DNA of 64,000 bases from Balanoglossus misakiensis (lineage: Eukaryota > Animalia > Hemichordata), in NCBI GenBank assembly GCA_040954595.2, contig CM082578.2, positions 9,533,519 through 9,597,518 on the forward strand, written 5' to 3'. This document shows positions 55,901 to 64,000 of the stretch, one piece after another. The notes beneath the pieces were generated by a model that did not search any database, was not told the DNA's origin, and saw only the letters and a program-made list of their open reading frames with translations. The translations under genes were made by a program, and so were the position numbers. The first letter of the stretch is position 1. Each line of letters starts with the position of its first letter.

Positions 55901-58023
55901 ATATCCCTGCCCCATACGACTTGTACATTTATTTTCTCAGGGGACTGCCACTCCGACGGTATATATTTTGATGAATTCCAAAACATATCGCTCAGGCTGG
56001 GTTGGATCTTATAAAGTTTGGCCTTTGCCCTCTCGAGAATTGTTAGAAGTTAGAAGAAGAAAACGTTGGTCGAAACTCTCGAAACGTCACATGTTGTTTG
56101 TTCAAGCGTACGCAAGTCAATAACTGAAATTCTCAGAATCTCAACTACCACATTGATATAACCTCGGCGCTCGCACTTTACATCGTGCGTTTATATGTTA
56201 ACATTTCTGATTTTTGATAATATCTTGTGGGAACATTCAGGTTTCTATGCAGATCTCGCGATCCATTTCTGCCGCGGCGCGCGCACAGTCTGGTACAAAG
56301 AACTTGAACTTGTTCCCAAATTATGCAACGTTTCTCATCACAGTTCATGAAAACAATGCAAGCCATGGACAGTCGCTATGTTTTGACATCATTACGTTGT
56401 CATTTTTGTTTCACCAACTCCACAGTTATGCATGCAGTACAGCCGTTGTCTCGGTCTCACGTAACACAAATACTTGAATACACGCAGTGAGCGAAGAGCC
56501 GGAGTTCTCAGATAACCGATCAGCAAAAAAGAATACAGATTAATGCATGCTCACGCGAAACAACGTTGAGCAAATTAACCAACAAAGCCGTTTGAAATAT
56601 CCCCCAAACAACTAATGACGAAGGCTCGTGTTCTAAATTAAAAATCTTGAGTGATTTACAAAGTAAAATACGATACGTGTTTGTTTCGCCGTTCGGCCTC
56701 CGAAAGACGGGCAGGGCAAACGGTCATTTATACATTACTTTGCGTTTACTGCGTGGTGCGGTTTTCGCGGACGTTCCAAACAGGTCCAGGTCATGCCCCC
56801 ACCCCCACCCCACCCCACCATGCCCAACAAGAATAACAACCAATAGATAAAATGATCATCATACATGCAGTCCGAAATAATTATTGAGAAGTCAATCTTT
56901 GTCTTGACACCACGAGCATGCGCAGCAGGATGAAATCAAAAGCATGCATGCAGTTGATGGTGTTGCCGTAGACAGAGACAATTCTCGAAAATACCAATTC
57001 GGTGCTCGTGCAGAGACACAAAGAGCGAACTGTCTGTAAATGGATCACACGGCGAATGCATAACAGTTATTTTATGTATTTTCATACCAACAGTAAGTGT
57101 TTGGCCGACGCAACGCGTCTGCCACGGGGAATGGTGTCCATACAATTTCTTTCGGAATAATCACGGTTGTCGTTACTAATTGAAATTGACAGTACCTGTT
57201 TGACACAAGAATGTAGGAACTGTATGCACACTTTACTTTGTTGCTACTGCGAAGTCAGGGAAGGGCCTTTGCCTACACATCGACCTACTGATTGAGACAT
57301 GTCTGGCATCGACATCGATCGCATTATAACATTCCCCCCTGTACCTAATAAGAAAAACATCCGCGCAAACAAGATAACACGGTAGAGTCTTATGTCATCA
57401 ATTTTCAATGGTCTTCGTAGAATATGGAATTAACGAAAAAGAGGCATCTCTATAGTGTATACGCTCAAATACGTTAAGCTATCATACGTACGAATTTAGC
57501 TTCTGTAAAAAGGGGGTTCGGTTTGTGCTCAATTGTATTTTACAGCTGTTTTTTTAAATCCATTGGCAGATAAACTCAAGCTTTTATTTTCATGCGAACA
57601 TCAAATTCCTGCGTATGTCAGGGTGATCGTTTTGTTTGATAGGTGTGGGGGCGCTCGTCTTTAACATACCGGTCATAAATATTTCATCAGTTTTTGATAA
57701 CCGAATTGTCACTTGACAACGGTGTTAGCTTTACGACGAAGATAATTTTTAAAATACGACAGCCATTATTTGAATGAATATCACTTTTATCTGTAATTTC
57801 CGTTGGCGGTCGGATCGAACGTAAATGTACACATGGTCGTTTGTTCCAGCCCCTATCGTAAACATTGCACGTTTGTACAGTTTCCAATTCGATGAGCACA
57901 TAAATTATCTAACAACTCTCAATGCAGACTAACAGTTTTTAATTAGTCTGTGGAAGCGCCATACGAAGTTGCCACGACTGGACCACAAAAACTGTCAGTC
58001 CGTAAAAACCATACGGCTACAGG

Positions 58024-58429
58024 CAGTGTACGAAATAAAGCCTGTCCGACAGTCCGAGACTGGTTGTTTTTCTGTAGGACTGGTAAAAATAAAATGTTAC
58101 CAGTCCGACAGACAGGTTGAATTAAGCATGGGAGTTGACCAGAGGTATCATGGCATCTTTTAGACTTTCCCAGGTTCATGTATTGCAAATAAAAGAAACA
58201 ATGATGTAAAAGCTAGAAAATTATCAAATCAAAGTAATGTTAAGAGAAATATGATTCCATCCCATATTCAATTGTTCACAGATAAGGTAATATCTTCTCA
58301 GTTGTATTTGATTTACATTTAATTGTAAGGCATAATATCAGGACTGGCAAGTTTTTGGCAGGACTGGCAACTTTTTGAAGTTGCCAGTCCTGGTGACTGG
58401 TTGATATTTCCTATGAATTTCGAACACTG
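58024..58429. mobile_element. Complete non-autonomous hAT-like DNA transposon (406 bp)
   Basis: 13-bp TIRs CAGTGTACGAAAT / ATTTCGAACACTG (1 mismatch). Direct repeat CTACAGG on both flanks (58017-58023, 58430-58436). Multiple subterminal GGACTGG/CCAGTCC repeats at both ends. Confidence 0.85.
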
Positions 58430-59570
58430 CTACAGGTAGTCAAAGAGATTCCGGCTGTTGCGATCCCGGGCAACTGTGCCTGTGCTCGCATGAGGCATTT
58501 GGCGAATCGAACACGCGTTGCCGTTGGGAATCTGTTCACGTCGTCTGCGCTCTTTGAATGCGGCCTCAGGGATCTCTACAGGCCATCTTTCGGCGGTACA
58601 GGTGCGTCGATTTTGCGTTGGTCAATTTAATTTTTGTTCTGCCTGATGCACTAATCCCAGTCACCGACGTTGCCACTTTCTCTCTCTCATCGGGGCGTGC
58701 AGGCGATAGATCCAATCACATGCTAGAGATGTCGGAAGTCATTCTATCACACACATGGACGAATTCTGACACCGCACCGTTATGTCAGTATATGTAAGAG
58801 TTTGACGAACTATGCCTAATGCGAATCTATAAAAAATATTGCCATTGAAGTAAGGGGTCGTCAATCGTAGATACAGAATTAGAACAAAATATCATCGATG
58901 TTCTTTCTGAATGCACTTTTTAGTAGATATCATCTCTAAACATTGTCATACTCCAAAAATAAACGAAGACGTCATGTTCTTTGATGCGATATCAGTCGAT
59001 AACGACTCAGATTTTCCAAAATATGGAGCAATTGCTCTACTCGTATAGTGCCTGACCAATGTTTGTGCCAGGGTAATAGTATATTCTTCAAATACAAACC
59101 CTTGAAAACGTTTGTCATGGCAATGAACGCATTTTGAATTTGAGGCCACGAATTATTGTGCAAGGGATAAGGAATAAGAAAAGTTGAACGCATCGGAAAT
59201 ACCATTGATTACTATAGTATTCACGGACCTGTATATGAGGTGTTAATAATTGTCACATAACTTTTCTGGGTAAATATTATTAAATTCTACATCAATTAAA
59301 GTAAATACTAAATATTTTTAAAATCTGAATTAGCAAACAATTTATATAAATGCTAAAGGTCACGGATGTGCTTTTTTATTCCTGAACTTGAAAGAGGCAT
59401 TGGTCGGATATGTGATTCTATTCGCATTTGCCGAATTGTTAGGACGTCCAAGGAGAGTGATGTTTTAATCATCTTCGTAAAGATATTGCCCCGGGCGCGG
59501 GCTTGCCAACGGCCGTGCGCGCACCGACCCGTTCATGGTCTCCAAAGTACATGTATTGGCATTGGCCGAC

Positions 59571-59990
59571 TGCGGCCATGGTCATCTAGTAAGAGTGTAG
59601 CCAGACAGAGACAGACGGTACATGTACATGGTTCTAACCCGAACAGGTGCAAATGCAATGACTGGAAGCCTCGACGCTTTGATTAGGCCGTCGCTCTAGG
59701 CACCGGGCCAGGATGACCTCCAAAGTACCGGTGATCTCTCCTCGATCGGATGAACACCATCGTCGCCCGCCAGGGTCTTTGCTCTCCGAAAATTAGGGAG
59801 ACTATAGTCGAGCTAACGACCCGTGCGACCGGACGATGGATTGACATTGACGTGCCTTTAATACCAAGACCTGCCCGGAGGCTGTTAATCTGTCTAGGAT
59901 CTTTATTAACAATTGCCCTCTTTAGAGGGAGCAGGGACTGACACTCGCTAAACCCGGTGAGGGCCAAACGTGTGTAGACCATACATGTAC
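59571..59990 (+). mobile_element. Possible tRNA-derived SINE (decayed)
   Basis: A-box-like TGGTCATCTAGT and B-box-like GGTTCTAACCCG at tRNA-like spacing, followed by a GC-rich structured body. No second copy in the window, so the boundaries are uncertain. Confidence 0.35.
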
Positions 59991-60105
59991 CCAGGTCTAC
60001 CTTGTGTATATCTGACCGTAGTATTGACGGTATACGGTCACCTCTAATTTACATATGCCTACATGGTGAAAAGGGCGTGTCTATATATAGCTAAGTGTGT
60101 TAGAA

Positions 60106-60221
60106 TAACCGTGTGGTGGCGCACTATTTTCGCGTGTGCCACCCACTGAAAAACGGTGATTGGCTGTATTTGAATTTTCCAGGGTAAATAGCGGTTAAAT
60201 TTGCATAGGTGACCGTGTACA
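60106..60221 (+). repeat. Dispersed repeat family A, copy 3 (more CpGs retained)
   Basis: gtggcgcactattttcgcgtgtgccacccactgaaaaacggtgattggctgt aligns with 2258-2370. Confidence 0.75.
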
Positions 60222-61690
60222 TTAATCTTACGCGATCCAGCCAGTCTAAAACCAAATCCAATGCAAACACGCCCGGTCAAGTTGCATTTGCAGTGGCGTA
60301 GATTAACAAAGGCAAGCCAAAACAGAGTTACATAAACCACAGACCTCAAAACGATGCCGACAAAGGCTTTGGCAACATACGTCTGTTTAGAATCACTTTA
60401 ACTATTGAACATTTTATTACTTACACAATGTTATCCTAACATATTGCGCAGTCAATCCTTATTTGGAAAATATTCTTTTTTTCTCTCCACTCATCCATTC
60501 ATAAGGTAAATGTTCGCGCCTTTTTGATCTGACTTCAAAGCCGATCATTAATCTGTTGTTGAAAGCATCACCAAACAGTCCCTCACGTTGACACCCATTC
60601 TCTCCCCCCCCCCCTTCGCAAAGTGCTCGCAAATGTGCAAAAGTATACTCCTAATTTCTAGCATCGACCGGTTGAAGTGGGGGCAGGTGACGCCAAAAAG
60701 TACCAGTGACATGCAAAACCGTTAGATCAATATTTGCCCCTGCCATGTAACTGATATTTGACTGTATGATGATAGATGAGCTTGTCAAGTCGACGACCCA
60801 ATTGTGTCTGTATACTCATCGGCTCTAAAAAGAGACAGACGACCGTTTGCAAAAATAAAGGCGCGGTATGATACCTCCCGCAACTTGCAAATCCGATCGA
60901 TGATCCGTTATTTTTAGTTGCCACGGGCGGGTTGTCCTGGCGACGCGGGCAACGTGTGGCAACACGAAATGGACTCAAAACAGCTCGGCAACGGAAGGGT
61001 GGAAACCAGCCGAGTTTCTCATTTGTTTTTCCATTTCGTGTAACAGTGCCGTTCGGTTGTCATACAAGCGCCCTGGATGGAATCCTTGCAGGTTAAACTT
61101 TTACGCGCGACCCGTCGGCCATCGTGACGGAAGTCGACAACTATTGGGGCATGCTGTACATTTCCGGTTCCGGCCATCTTCGAATTCTTGAAAAACAAGT
61201 CCGATGTTAGCATCACCACGCAGTACCTAACTGTTTGTTGGGGAGATCAGTCGTGAAGACGCCTTAGGTACATGTCCGTCAACTGACAGGAGTTTATCAT
61301 ATCAGGCCACTGGCAGAGATGTATGCATCCGGAGGTTACATTTTTTCTTTCAACCGACCCAGTCTGCATATGGTGATCCGAAAGAGCAATCTGATGCTAA
61401 AAAGTGTCATTGCAGTAACCTAACACAGGGTACGACCAGAGACAACAGAGCCAATTGTTCGTACATGTGTATGCGCATAGCCATTTCACCGTTGACTGTG
61501 ACAGATGCACAAATCTGACATCCATCAAAAAGTGTCGGTGAAACAAAGGTACGGCATTTATAATCAGTGCCATATAGGCCTATAGTGGCATAATCCTCAT
61601 ATTGTATTCGTTTTCTACAGAATTCGAATATTTCCTGAGAATGGTATATATTGTATTGTATCTCATCGCATTGCAGTCATACTGTATTGC

Positions 61691-61743
61691 AGTGTAGTGT
61701 ATGTGTAGTGTAGTGTAGTGTAGTGTAGTGTAGTGTAGTGTAG
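61691..61743. repeat. (GTGTA)n pentanucleotide microsatellite
   Basis: gtgtagtgtagtgta run of about 10 units, one interruption. Confidence 0.92.
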
Positions 61744-64000
61744 AAATATCGAACGAACGTCTCTAAACAGTTACATTTTAAACAGCACGATACACAAACG
61801 TCATACTAATGCGGTGTTTTATGGGGAACTTTTTCGGCGAGTTAGTTTCATGCAATTAAGGGAGACACGTGGCCGCGCATGCGAAATAGCATCCGGTGCA
61901 GCACCGACATGACAGGGACAAATCATCAAGTCGAAATAAATGGACATTGATCAGTTCCAATTATCATTCTGTTTGTGGACGCCTATGAAATCGTTGATGA
62001 GGGAGAAACTTCTTATCTTTGATCTGGGGGGGGATTGATACACGCCTCGTTGCTGATGATAGCCGTTTGTCATTTTCTTAAGCACCGCGGTTACGCCTGC
62101 AGATTTGCCTACCAGAACTTCCTGAAAAGTTAAACGAGCAACCAATCGACCGAGGCCGTTCCACTAAAGTGCGCCCCGTTGCATGGTACGCCTATTGATG
62201 CAATGGGAGGCTTACATGTCTTTTTTTTAATATTAATATAATTGGAAATGTAGAATATAAACACGGCAAATTCTTATGGAACAATAATGGCCTTTGTCAC
62301 TTTTGGCAACACGTGTCGATGCATGCATCTTACTTTCGAACTGAAATCATATAATCACCCCCCCCCCCTCAAAAACATTACATAATGATGTATTATGTAG
62401 AATAATCGCACTGGGTTTAATATAACGATTTCATAACCTAAAAGTATCATTGGAGGTAATGAGCCATGAACGCAATATTACAGTTTGATCCGGCTGCCAT
62501 AAGGCTGTAAGATGTTTAATGGGAATCTTAAATAATCCATTCGACATGATCGATGCCTGCGAGGAAGTTCGCCAGGGTAAAGTCGAAGACCCTGGACGAT
62601 TTTGTCAGATCGATAGATCCACGGAAACATTTAGATGTCGGCGGCGTTAACGTTAACATCATTACCCTACCCTCCCCCGGGGGAAACTTGGAGTATTCTA
62701 TCGTAATCAAGGGACGCTTCCAACTGATCCCCCAACTGAGTCCCGACGTTCAGTTAAATTATCCGCTTTATTATAATTATCCTCTTAATTGTCTTTTTAA
62801 TTGACCGTATTAATTATTGGAATGATGCTAAGTAAATCATAGTTTCAACTCTTTGCAAGGCACGGCTATCGGGTATGCTTCCGAGATCTACTTCCGTGAA
62901 CACTTTATGACCAGCGCGTCGTAATCCCTATAAGTGATAGTGCGCATGCACGAGATAATTATGTTTTCTTTCAAAAATGTCCCTTATTGGCTTTCATAGA
63001 CTGTTGTGCTATGTGTGTCCACGTCTCACCAAACACAAAGACTTGTGAAAACTTCTTCTGTGTCCGGTTATCATTATGGTACCACATATGGCTGTATGTA
63101 AACCTTATTTTCAGGTCAAGTCCGAGAATGACGTCATTTGTGTTACTCTCTCTTGTGTTTGTGTTGGTATTGTGTGGAACTGTTTTAATGGAATGGACGG
63201 TTGAAAGGGAAACACGTTGTAAATTGTCTGTCACACGTTTAACACTACGAAAAATCACATCACTGGGGATTACCCATCCAAGTACGCACATTATCTGTCG
63301 TTGTAAATAAAACAGTCATAGCCCATGCTGAAATCGACCTAGATGCGCCGAAACCCGGGATGTGATCTCACTTCAAATATTGGTACATGCGATGAAAAAG
63401 CACATTAAACGCCATATGCTGTAACAGAGCCAGTCGGTGAGTCTCGCCTGTCGCTCGTAAAATTTCCATTGTCGTCTGCACTTGTCAAAATATATGGCGA
63501 CAGTTTCGCTTCGTGTGCCCGACGTCATAATTACATGATGGTTGCCGAGTGGCTTTGCGTTTCTCACTCGCTGGCTGGTGTGCCACCATGCAGCTTGACA
63601 ACACCAGTTTGTTTCACGCCGACGTGCTCTGGTATACTGGTCATTTTTTGTCATGTTATAGATTCTTTTGAAAGGCTATTTAAGTTGTTCTTCCCGTGTG
63701 CAGGGTATAAGATGGGAATGAGCATACTTCAGTGAACAGAACATATTCTATCAAAAGAGTCCAAACATAACCAAAAATATGCCAAAATACCCCTTTCACG
63801 ATGACATATCGACACTGTGATGGTTGAAACTGCTTCGATCTCAGAATTATAATTGACTGTCAAACTGGATTCGGACTCGGACTTGTGTTACCCTTTGAAC
63901 ACTTAAACCGTCTTAATCTAGAATTACCAAACATGCTTGACCGTTTGGTAGATGAACTTTAATGTTAACATCATGTAGCTTCTATACCTTTAGGGCCCAA

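Noticed and set aside
58040-58400. Regularly recurring GGACTGG/CCAGTCC motifs as a CRISPR-like array
   Set aside because: Repeats are 7 bp, occur in both orientations and sit subterminally in a TIR/TSD-bounded transposon; the context is eukaryotic with no cas genes.
14-63735. The many 60-165 aa ORFs in the track (e.g. 12192-12689, 20902-21366, 6587-7021, 4223-4624, 62553-62804)
   Set aside because: No recognisable domains, composition typical of random AT-rich translation, many non-ATG starts, and several overlap repeats. Only the SENP8 exon portions are supported.

Overview
This is eukaryotic, AT-rich, gene-poor DNA from an invertebrate animal, plausibly a marine deuterostome (inferred from composition and repeat types). 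Almost all ORFs in the track are spurious. The only gene I can support is SENP8/DEN1/NEDP1 (NEDD8-specific protease) on the minus strand. Four coding exons (50073-49952, 24445-24357, 12013-11905, 1169-1054) join in frame through GT-AG introns to give MADDGDEIVVSFHDSLLRKSDVRLLEGPRWLNDKLIGFAFEYFEREQFCDFSEEVCFISPEVTQFIKLSPVSDLGIFLEPLNLHSRKLVFLAVNDNESCDSVGGSHWSLLLFDRQKGEFGHYDSSGDSNSTIASSLSNKLSAYVK. The exon with the catalytic Cys lies beyond the left edge. The introns are very large (25.5, 12.3 and 10.7 kb), CpG-depleted and dotted with motif-dense, enhancer-like blocks, which suggests a genomic regulatory block with SENP8 as bystander. The region beyond ~50 kb is CpG-rich and has no recognisable coding gene. 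There are several small non-autonomous DNA transposons (piggyBac-, pogo/Tc1-, hAT- and Harbinger-like) and a possible tRNA-derived SINE. Two signals of transposon excision stand out: about 31 copies of TACATGTA, and a P-like TIR stub with a target-site duplication inside a cluster of hairpins near the SENP8 promoter. I found no prokaryote-type system, CRISPR array, rRNA, tRNA or known miRNA.
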